A stretch of DNA of 64,000 nucleotides from positions 64,033-128,032 of the forward strand of contig CAZREB010000014.1 of the NCBI GenBank assembly GCA_964599095.1. Reading direction: 5' to 3'. Shown here piece after piece: positions 9,115 through 16,651 of this stretch. The notes below the pieces were generated by a model that worked only from the letters and a program-made list of their open reading frames with translations, made no database searches and had not been told where the DNA came from. Position 1 is the stretch's first letter, and the number at the start of each line of letters is the position of its first letter. Made by a program: the position numbers and the translations under genes. This DNA comes from an uncultured Bordetella sp. (lineage in GTDB: Bacteria > Pseudomonadota > Gammaproteobacteria > Burkholderiales > SG8-39).

Positions 9115-9867
9115 ATGCAGCCTGATCGGTCCGCGGTCACGGGATGGATCCTGCTCCTGCTGGCATTGTGGACGGGTTTTCTTATGCATCAATCTCCTCG
9201 GTTCCCCGGCAGTCCGTGGGGCGGGGTGTTCGGAGTGTCCGCGGCGGTCCTGCTGCTGGTGCCGCTCGGATATTCCGCTCTGAAGCGTCTGGAGTGGTTG
9301 AAGGAGCGGATTGGCGCTCGGCTGTCTCTCGCAAGAGGGCTGGCCTGGCATGTGAACGCCAGCATCGGCGGGGCGTTTCTCGCCGTTTTGCATTCCGGAC
9401 ACCGGTTCGACAGTTGGCTGGGAATTTCTTTGATGGCGGCGATGCTGCTTGCGATACTGAGCGGCTACGCCGGCCGATATTTCCTCGGTTTTCTAACGCA
9501 AGACCTGAAGGCGCGCGAGGACGCGCTCGAAGCCCTGCAATCCGACTACGACCGGCTCGCGGCCGAGATCGCCGTACATCCCGCCCGGGAATTCGAGGGT
9601 ACCGGGACTTTCGGCCTGCGCAGCCGGATTGCCGAGGCGATCGGCCGTCCGTCCGCGCCGAAAAGACAGGAGGACCCCGGACGGCGCGTGTTCGAGATTG
9701 CCGAGGCCATGGTCGACACCGAATATGCAATCGTCGCCGACGAGACCCTGAAGCGCAAATTGCGGATTTGGCTCGCAGTTCACATCGCGGTCTCGGTTTC
9801 CTTTTATGGACTGCTTGCGCTGCATGTCTGGGGCGGGATCCAGTTCGGTCTGCGGTGGTTCTCATAG
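9115..9867 (+). CDS. five-TM membrane protein with two intramembrane His pairs (putative di-heme b, ferric-reductase/NOX-like)
   Basis: Predicted TM3 is WHVNASIGGAFLAVLH and TM5 is VHIAVSVSFYGLLALH. Each has two His exactly 14 positions apart, the geometry of bis-His di-heme transmembrane domains. The start lies 38 nt after the reductase gene. Confidence 0.5.
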   Translation: MQPDRSAVTGWILLLLALWTGFLMHQSPRFPGSPWGGVFGVSAAVLLLVPLGYSALKRLEWLKERIGARLSLARGLAWHVNASIGGAFLAVLHSGHRFDSWLGISLMAAMLLAILSGYAGRYFLGFLTQDLKAREDALEALQSDYDRLAAEIAVHPAREFEGTGTFGLRSRIAEAIGRPSAPKRQEDPGRRVFEIAEAMVDTEYAIVADETLKRKLRIWLAVHIAVSVSFYGLLALHVWGGIQFGLRWFS

Positions 9868-9868
9868 C

Positions 9869-10612
9869 GTGGGCGGACGGCGGCTTATCGTGGTCTTGCT
9901 AGCATTTGGCGCACTCTCGTTGGCCGCTGGATCGGACTTGGCCGGGGAGGATTCGCTCATGCGCGCGGTTTGGCGAAGGGCCGTCATGCCCGGTGCGTTG
10001 TCCGGATCTCACGCTTTCCTTGCCGACGACTGCGCTGCCTGCCACGTTCCGGTAAATGGGGTCGATCCTGCGCGTTGCGTCGCATGTCATGCCGACAATG
10101 GTGCACTTCTGCAGCGGCAGCCGACGGCGTTTCATGCCGACATTCAGGCCTGCTCGGGGTGCCACGTCGAGCACCAGGGCACCGTGCGAATGCCGACGAC
10201 CATGAATCACGCGCATCTGGCACGCACCGGTTTGCAGCTGGCTGCCGCCGAATCGCAGGAAGAGCGCGCGCGGTTGCTCGTCCCTGGGCGCGCCGGTGCG
10301 GGAGAATCGCTGCTGAAATGCGCTAGCTGTCACGCGACCAAAGACCGCCATCAAGGCTATTTCGGCGCCGACTGCGGCCAGTGCCATGCGACCGCGGTGT
10401 GGACGATTTCCGATTTCCGCCATCCGTCGCCGCGATCGACCGAATGCGCCCAGTGCCACAAACCGCCGCCGAGTCACGCCATGATGCATTTCTCGATGGT
10501 CTCCGCGGCGGTTGCGCGCCAACCGAAGGCCGAGGCGGGCCAGTGCTACCTCTGCCACCAAACGACTTCCTGGAACGATATCAAAGGCGTCGGCTGGTTC
10601 AAGCATCACTAG
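9869..10612 (+). CDS. periplasmic heptaheme c-type cytochrome (c3/c7-like)
   Basis: Seven CxxCH motifs: CAACH, CVACH, CSGCH, CASCH, CGQCH, CAQCH, CYLCH. GTG 9869 gives the signal-like N-terminus VGGRRLIVVLLAFGALSLAAG, 1 nt after the upstream stop. Confidence 0.8.
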   Translation: MGGRRLIVVLLAFGALSLAAGSDLAGEDSLMRAVWRRAVMPGALSGSHAFLADDCAACHVPVNGVDPARCVACHADNGALLQRQPTAFHADIQACSGCHVEHQGTVRMPTTMNHAHLARTGLQLAAAESQEERARLLVPGRAGAGESLLKCASCHATKDRHQGYFGADCGQCHATAVWTISDFRHPSPRSTECAQCHKPPPSHAMMHFSMVSAAVARQPKAEAGQCYLCHQTTSWNDIKGVGWFKHH

Positions 10613-10639
10613 TCGAGCCGCTTAGAGGAGGGAAAACGC

Positions 10640-12127
10640 ATGCTCGAGTATCGGAATACCAACGAAAAGCCAATTGGAACATCGCAAATGGCAAACGGGC
10701 AACAGGGCGAAAATTCACCCCTTGGCCAGTCCCGCGGGATGCGGCTTTCATTCCTTGGGGCAGCCGGAACGGTGACAGGATCGCGGTACCTGGTGCAGAT
10801 CGACGACCGCAAGATACTGGTGGATTGCGGCCTTTTTCAAGGTTACAAGCCGCTGCGATTGCGCAATTGGGCGCCGTTTCCCTTTCCTCCGCCCGAGATC
10901 GATGCGGTCGTCCTGACGCACGCGCACCTCGACCACAGCGGCTACCTGCCCGCGCTGGTGCGCGATGGTTTTCGCGGGCCGATCTTTTGCAGCGGAGGAA
11001 CTCGCGAACTCGCGCAGATCCTCCTCCCGGACAGCGGGCGCCTGCAGGAGGAGGAAGCGCAGTACGCGAATCGGAAGCGCTATTCGAAGCATCACCCGGC
11101 ATTGCCGCTGTATTGCGAGGACGACGCGAGGAAGGCGCTCGAACGCTTCCGGGCCATTGAATTCGGCCAGCCCTTGGAATTTGCCCCGGGTGTGCACGTC
11201 GAGTTGCACCCGGCCGGGCACATGATTGGAGCGTCATGCGTCAAGATCTCGGGCAGGGCCGAGACGATTCTTTTCTCCGGCGACGTCGGCAGGCCGAACG
11301 ACGCGATCCTCTCGGCCCCAACGACAGGACTCGAAGCGGACTATCTGGCGGTCGAGTCGACCTATGGAAACAGGTCGCACCCGAAGGAGGATGCGGAGGC
11401 GGTTCTTGCGGAAATCATCAATCGCACCGCGGCGCGCGGCGGGGTCGTGGTCATCCCGGCGTTCGCAGTCGGCCGCGCCCAGGCCTTGATGTATTTCTTG
11501 TGGCGGCTCAAGTCGGGCGGGAGAATTCCCGATCTTCCCGTTTTTCTGAACAGTCCGATGGCGACCGACGCGACCGCGGTCTACCATCGCCACCGTACGG
11601 AGCATCGCCTCTCCCCGGAGCAATGCAAGGGGATGTGCACCGTCGCGAAGATCGTGCGCTCGGTAGAAGAATCGCGTGCGCTGAACAGGATTAGGCAGCC
11701 GGCCGTGATCGTCTCGGCAAGCGGGATGGCCACTGGAGGCAGGGTGCTGCATCACCTGAAGGCATTCGCGCCCGACCCCAGGAACACAATTCTCTTTGCC
11801 GGCTATCAGGCCGGCGGTACCCGCGGAGCCCGCCTTGTGGCCGGCGAGCGCGAGATCCGAATCCATGGCGACGATGTGCAGGTGCGCGCGGAGGTGCTCA
11901 ATATCGACAGTCTTTCCGCTCACGCCGACGCCGACGAAATAATCACTTGGCTGCGCACGTTCGGGAAGCCGCCGCGGCAAACGTTCGTCACGCACGGCGA
12001 GCCCGCCGCCGCCGACGCGCTGCGTCGGAGGATCGAGCGCGAAATGGGCTGGAAGGCCGGGATTCCCGAGCATTTGGAGAACGTTGATCTCGAATTGAAA
12101 ACGCCCGGGACGGGAGCTGGGAAATGA
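10640..12127 (+). CDS. MBL-fold / beta-CASP family hydrolase (RNA-metabolising metallo-beta-lactamase type)
   Basis: FLGAAGTVTGSRYLV, VLTHAHLDHSGYLPAL (HxHxDH) and the C-terminal beta-CASP motif ...SAHAD.... A strong RBS (GAGGAGGG) sits 7 nt before the ATG. Confidence 0.8.
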   Translation: MLEYRNTNEKPIGTSQMANGQQGENSPLGQSRGMRLSFLGAAGTVTGSRYLVQIDDRKILVDCGLFQGYKPLRLRNWAPFPFPPPEIDAVVLTHAHLDHSGYLPALVRDGFRGPIFCSGGTRELAQILLPDSGRLQEEEAQYANRKRYSKHHPALPLYCEDDARKALERFRAIEFGQPLEFAPGVHVELHPAGHMIGASCVKISGRAETILFSGDVGRPNDAILSAPTTGLEADYLAVESTYGNRSHPKEDAEAVLAEIINRTAARGGVVVIPAFAVGRAQALMYFLWRLKSGGRIPDLPVFLNSPMATDATAVYHRHRTEHRLSPEQCKGMCTVAKIVRSVEESRALNRIRQPAVIVSASGMATGGRVLHHLKAFAPDPRNTILFAGYQAGGTRGARLVAGEREIRIHGDDVQVRAEVLNIDSLSAHADADEIITWLRTFGKPPRQTFVTHGEPAAADALRRRIEREMGWKAGIPEHLENVDLELKTPGTGAGK

Positions 12128-13641
12128 ATGGCCAACTGTCCCATCTCCTTCGCTTGAGACGTGTGGGCATCGACACGTATCAGGAATCGGTCGTCTACAT
12201 GCATCGCGATTGCCATGTATGCCGGTCCGAGGGTTTCGCTGCCCAGTCGCGCGTGCTTCTGCGCAGCAACGGCGTCGAGTTGATTGCGACCCTCAACGTT
12301 GTCGAGTCGTCCATCGTTTCGCCGGGCGAGGCGGGACTTTCGGAAAGCGCGTGGCGCAAGTTCGGCGCGCGCGAAGGAACTGCTCTGGAGGTCGGACCCG
12401 TGCCGCCGATCGAATCGTTGGCGCGGGTGCGGGGCAAGCTGCACGGCGAGCGCCTCAGCGACCCGGATCTGCGGGCTATCGTCGCGGATATCGCCGCTGG
12501 ACGCTACGCCGACATCCAGCTCGCGGCATTCGTATCCGCCTGCGCCGGCGGGCGTCTCGACCGCGAGGAGATCGTCGGGCTCACGAAGGCGATGATCGAT
12601 TCGGGAGACAGGCTGATTTGGCCGCGCGGTGCGAAGATCGCGGATAAGCACTGCGTAGGCGGCCTTCCGGGCAACCGGACCACGTTGATCGTGGTCCCGA
12701 TCCTCGCCGCTGCCGGCCTGACGATGCCCAAGACGTCATCCCGGGCGATCACGTCGCCCGCCGGGACGGCGGACACGATGGAAACGCTTGCCCCCGTCGA
12801 TCTCGACCTGGCGTCGATCCGCCGCGTGGTGGAGCGGGAGGGGGGCTGCATCGTATGGGGTGGCGCGGTGGGACTGAGCCCCGCGGACGATGCCCTCATT
12901 CGAGTGGAGCGGCCGCTCGACCTGGACAGCGAAGCGCAACTCGTCGCCTCGGTCATTTCGAAGAAGGTCGCGGCCGGATCGACCCACGCAGTCATCGACA
13001 TACCAGTAGGCCCGACAGCCAAGGTTCGCTCGGCCATCGCGGCGCGTGCGTTGGGAGAGACGCTCGAGTACGTGGCCGCCCGGGTTGGACTTCTGGCAAA
13101 GATCGTCGTCACCGACGGAATGCAGCCTGTCGGTCGTGGGATCGGTCCGGCACTCGAGGCGCGTGACGTGCTGCAGGTGCTGCGCGGCGAACATGCCGCG
13201 CCTGAAGATTTGCGGGAGCGCGCCCTTGCACTGGCGGGCGCCTTGTTCGAGCACCTGGAAGCCGCGCCTTTCGGCAAAGGCATCGTGCGTGCGAGGCAAG
13301 TTCTGGAAAGTGGTGCGGCATGGCGCAAGTTCGAGGCCATCTGCGAGGCGCAAGGTGGACTGCGCGAGTTGCCGCACGCGGCGCATACGCGGCCCTGGCT
13401 CGCAGTGCACGGAGGTAAGGTAGCGGCCATCGATAATCGCAGCCTCGCGCGGGCAGGAAAACTCGCCGGGGCGCCGCGGGACCCGGAAGCCGGTATCGAC
13501 CTCCACGTTCGTCTCGGCACGCGAATCGCGAGAGGTGAGCCCCTGTTCACGCTACATGCCAATTCCCCGGGGGAACTCGACTACGCGCTTGCTTACGTCG
13601 AGGCGCATCGGACGCTGATTCGTGTGGAGCCGGACTCGTGA
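12124..13641 (+). CDS. thymidine phosphorylase family protein, archaeal AMP-phosphorylase-like subtype with N-terminal extension
   Basis: 505 aa with DKHCVGGLPGNRTT, TSSRAITSPAGTADTME and S-x-ISKK motifs of pyrimidine-nucleoside phosphorylases. The start ATG overlaps the upstream stop (ATGA). Confidence 0.85.
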   Translation: MNGQLSHLLRLRRVGIDTYQESVVYMHRDCHVCRSEGFAAQSRVLLRSNGVELIATLNVVESSIVSPGEAGLSESAWRKFGAREGTALEVGPVPPIESLARVRGKLHGERLSDPDLRAIVADIAAGRYADIQLAAFVSACAGGRLDREEIVGLTKAMIDSGDRLIWPRGAKIADKHCVGGLPGNRTTLIVVPILAAAGLTMPKTSSRAITSPAGTADTMETLAPVDLDLASIRRVVEREGGCIVWGGAVGLSPADDALIRVERPLDLDSEAQLVASVISKKVAAGSTHAVIDIPVGPTAKVRSAIAARALGETLEYVAARVGLLAKIVVTDGMQPVGRGIGPALEARDVLQVLRGEHAAPEDLRERALALAGALFEHLEAAPFGKGIVRARQVLESGAAWRKFEAICEAQGGLRELPHAAHTRPWLAVHGGKVAAIDNRSLARAGKLAGAPRDPEAGIDLHVRLGTRIARGEPLFTLHANSPGELDYALAYVEAHRTLIRVEPDS

Positions 13642-14564
13642 CGCCGGTCGTATTCGCACTGCCCGGCAACGAGGCCATGGCCGATGCGCTTGCTGCCCGC
13701 CTGGCCGCCGAGCGGGGCGCTTGCACAGTACGGCGCTTTCCGGACGACGAATCCTATGTGCGGGTCGAAACCGCGGTTTCCCGTCGCGACGCGATCCTGG
13801 TATGCACGCTCGACAGGCCGGATGGTCGAATCGCCCAGCTCCTGCTCCTGGCATCGGCTGCGAGGGAGTCGGGCGCCATGCGGGTGGGGTTGGTTGCGCC
13901 GTATCTCGCGTACATGCGCCAGGACGCCCGGTTCTCTCCGGGGGAGTGCGTGAGCGCGAAGGTGTTTGCGCGATGGATCGGGTCGCACTTCGACTGGCTG
14001 GTCACCGTCGATCCGCATCTGCATCGCTTCGCAAACCTGGTGGAGCTATACCCGATCCCGACGCGCGCCGCCCATGCCGCACCGGCGATCGCCGCGTGGC
14101 TGTGTGAAAACGTCCCCGCGCCAGTGCTGGTCGGCCCGGACATGGAGAGCGCGCAATGGGTTGAAGAGGTAGCGCGCCTTGCCGGTGCGCCGAGCATCGT
14201 GCTCGCCAAGCGGCGCCGTGGCGACCGCGAGGTGGAGGTGTCGATCCCGGACCCGGCAATGCTCGTTGGCCGCACCCCGGTTTTGGTCGACGATATTGTC
14301 TCGACGGCGCACACGATGATCGCGGCGGTGCGCCACCTGCGCGTGGCAGGCCTCGCGCCACCGGTTTGCATTGCGGTGCATGGAATCTTTGCCGGCGATG
14401 CGCTCCATGCGCTGCAGGCCGCCGGCGCTGGCCGCGTCGTGAGTTGCGACACCATTCCTCACTCAACGAACGCCATTGCCCTCGACGAGGTTCTTTGGTC
14501 TTGCATTGCGGACCTGCTTGCCAACGGCCCGCCTCCGAACCTTGACGACAAGGCGACGGGGTGA
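13638..14564 (+). CDS. ribose-phosphate pyrophosphokinase (PRPP synthetase) family protein
   Basis: RFPDDESYVR, APYLAYMRQD, VDPHLH and PRPP-binding loop VLVDDIVSTAHTM. The GTG start overlaps the upstream stop (GTGA). Confidence 0.85.
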   Translation: MTPVVFALPGNEAMADALAARLAAERGACTVRRFPDDESYVRVETAVSRRDAILVCTLDRPDGRIAQLLLLASAARESGAMRVGLVAPYLAYMRQDARFSPGECVSAKVFARWIGSHFDWLVTVDPHLHRFANLVELYPIPTRAAHAAPAIAAWLCENVPAPVLVGPDMESAQWVEEVARLAGAPSIVLAKRRRGDREVEVSIPDPAMLVGRTPVLVDDIVSTAHTMIAAVRHLRVAGLAPPVCIAVHGIFAGDALHALQAAGAGRVVSCDTIPHSTNAIALDEVLWSCIADLLANGPPPNLDDKATG

Positions 14565-15358
14565 GTGCGCGCGAGGCGATGCGCGTCGTCGTTGCCGCGA
14601 TAGGGATCGGCGGCTTGCTCTGGGCACAGGACACGATGGCGGCCACGATCCCGCCGGTGCACGTGCCCGTGGACTGGATTCTCGAGTGGCTGTCGCACGT
14701 CCTGGTGGGCGCGATCGCCGCGATTGCCGGAGTGCTTGCACACCGCGCCTGGTCCCGGCGCCGGTGGCGGCCCGCGCCGGCCGCGGTGACGGTCGAGTCA
14801 ATCCTGGCGGTCGACTTGGTGAATTCGACCTGGCTGGCGACGCATCATGGGGAAGAACTGGCGATGCGCGCGCGCAACGTCCTCGAGCGGCGTGCGCTTG
14901 CGGCAGGCAATTCGAATGGCGTTTCCTTCGTGGAGAACACGGGAGACGGGTGCATGATGGCGTTTCCGTCGGTGATCGCGGCCACGCGCGCGGCTGGCGA
15001 ATTGCTGCTGGGGCTGCGAAGCCGCCCGCCTGAGATGGCGCCGGGCCCGGGGCTCGAAGTCCGGTCTGCGATTACCTATGGGCAGATCCTGCTCGATTCG
15101 CGCGGGTCACGCCACGGTGCGGTGATTAACGAGGCCTTTCGGCTCATGAGCGTCGCGGGAGATGCATTCGTGGATGTCGGCGGGGAAGAACGCCTGGCCG
15201 AAATCCCCGACCGCAACCGGATTTTCCTCAGCGAGGACGCGGCCAATGAAATCGGATCGACGCAATTCAAATTGCGGAAAGTCGGTGTTTGCCGCCTCAA
15301 GGGGTTCAGCGGATTCCATCGGGTGTACGAGTTGCTGTGGACTCATGAAACACGCTAA
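14561..15358 (+). CDS. membrane-anchored class III nucleotidyl cyclase
   Basis: Two N-terminal hydrophobic segments. The cyclase homology domain has metal Asp residues in LAVDLVNST and ENTGDGCMMAF, and the N..R pair in VINEAFRL. Glu/Asn replace the canonical adenine-specifying Lys (VENTGDG). The GTG start overlaps the upstream stop. Confidence 0.7.
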   Translation: MSAREAMRVVVAAIGIGGLLWAQDTMAATIPPVHVPVDWILEWLSHVLVGAIAAIAGVLAHRAWSRRRWRPAPAAVTVESILAVDLVNSTWLATHHGEELAMRARNVLERRALAAGNSNGVSFVENTGDGCMMAFPSVIAATRAAGELLLGLRSRPPEMAPGPGLEVRSAITYGQILLDSRGSRHGAVINEAFRLMSVAGDAFVDVGGEERLAEIPDRNRIFLSEDAANEIGSTQFKLRKVGVCRLKGFSGFHRVYELLWTHETR

Positions 15359-15427
15359 GTTCGGGTTAATGGCCGCCGAGAAGACATTGGGCCGCCTTGC
15401 CTGTCCGTATCGCGCAGGCGGCAATTC

Positions 15428-15829
15428 ATGAAGACGCCGTTGGCGATTATATTGGTCGCCACGATGGTTGCTGCTGCCGGGACTGGAGGTTACCTTGTCG
15501 CCACGCGCGAATTGCGTTCGCCTGACGTTCCGGAGGCGCACCAAAAGAAATCAGGCGAACCGGGCGCCGCGCTTCACAAGGGGCGAGGCGTGGTCACAGG
15601 GGTAAGCGCTCCAGACGGCTATCTCGAGCTCAAGCACGAGCCGATTCCTTCGATGAAATGGGACGTGATGCAGACGGGATTTGCGGTCACGGACACGAAG
15701 CTGCTGGAAGGGCTGAAGAAAGGCGACATCGTCGAGTTCGAGATGCGCGGCCTGCCGAACAAGGACGGCGACTTCGTGATCGAGAAGGTGGCACCGCTTA
15801 CCGGCGGGAATGCGCGCAGTACGCCTTGA
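15428..15829 (+). CDS. CusF/SilF-like periplasmic Cu(I)/Ag(I)-binding protein
   Basis: GRGVVTGVSAPDGYLELKHEPIPSMKWDVMQTGFAVTDTKLLEGLKKGDIVEFEM follows the CusF fold pattern (G-x-V-x-x-I... H-x-P-I-x-x-L-x-W-P-x-M-T-M-x-F). Confidence 0.7.
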   Translation: MKTPLAIILVATMVAAAGTGGYLVATRELRSPDVPEAHQKKSGEPGAALHKGRGVVTGVSAPDGYLELKHEPIPSMKWDVMQTGFAVTDTKLLEGLKKGDIVEFEMRGLPNKDGDFVIEKVAPLTGGNARSTP

Positions 15830-15991
15830 CTTCAGATTCGGGCGCTTGCCGCAACCGCGAGTCGGCGCCGATGATGCTCACGCGAAAGCAAGGTGCTTTG
15901 CGAACTGCAGCCTCTGGATGGTTCCGGATATGAGCGAAGAACACTTCGCGGAGTCTTAGTCAACCAACTTGCGCCGCGCGCGAGTGGACTA

Positions 15992-16651
15992 TTACCGCCA
16001 GAGCCGCGGCTTTTGATGGGCAAATCGCGCGACGACCGCTGCCGATCCGCCGATCAGAAACCCGGCCACGACATCGGCAGGAAAGTGAGCGCCCGCGGCG
16101 ATGCGCGACCACCCGATCCATCCGGCGTACGACAGCAAGGCGGCCCGGAATCCTCGTGCGCGGAAGGGCCAGAGTATTGCGACCACCAACATTGCATTGG
16201 CCGCATGGCCGCTCGGAAACGAGTACACGAGCTCCGGTTCTCCGACAATTCGCGCGATTTTCGGGAGAGCCACGAGCGGGCGCGGAAAATCCGCGACCAC
16301 TTTCAGGAGAAAAACCGCAAGCCACGCGAGCAGGATTGCAACGAGGACGCCCGATGCTCGAGCGCGAATTGTCGACGCCGCGGTTTCGGCGCCAAGCGGA
16401 GTCCTCATGCCCTTGGACCAAACATGGATAACGGTTAGTACCAGTAGCGCACCCCAACGACTGCCAAACACATCGCCCAACCATACCAGCGAAACCAGAG
16501 AATCGGGCGTCGCCTGATTGATGGCAGCGAACCAGGCCGCATTCAGGCCGTTCCAGTCGTAGAGAAGACGCTTCAATGCCGGCGCAGCAATCTCAACCCG
16601 TTGAACACCACCAGCAGGCTCGCGCCCATGTCGGCGAAAACCGCCATCCAC
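15992..16651 (-). CDS. PAP2-family phosphatase (PbrB/undecaprenyl-pyrophosphatase-like)
   Basis: PAP2 motifs PSGHAANA and SRIAAGAHFPADVVAG. The longest ORF starts at ATG 16651 but overlaps the ATPase 3' end by 79 nt. TTG 16576 would overlap the ATPase stop as TTGA, which looks like translational coupling. Confidence 0.75.
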   Translation of the reverse strand: MDGGFRRHGREPAGGVQRVEIAAPALKRLLYDWNGLNAAWFAAINQATPDSLVSLVWLGDVFGSRWGALLVLTVIHVWSKGMRTPLGAETAASTIRARASGVLVAILLAWLAVFLLKVVADFPRPLVALPKIARIVGEPELVYSFPSGHAANAMLVVAILWPFRARGFRAALLSYAGWIGWSRIAAGAHFPADVVAGFLIGGSAAVVARFAHQKPRLWR

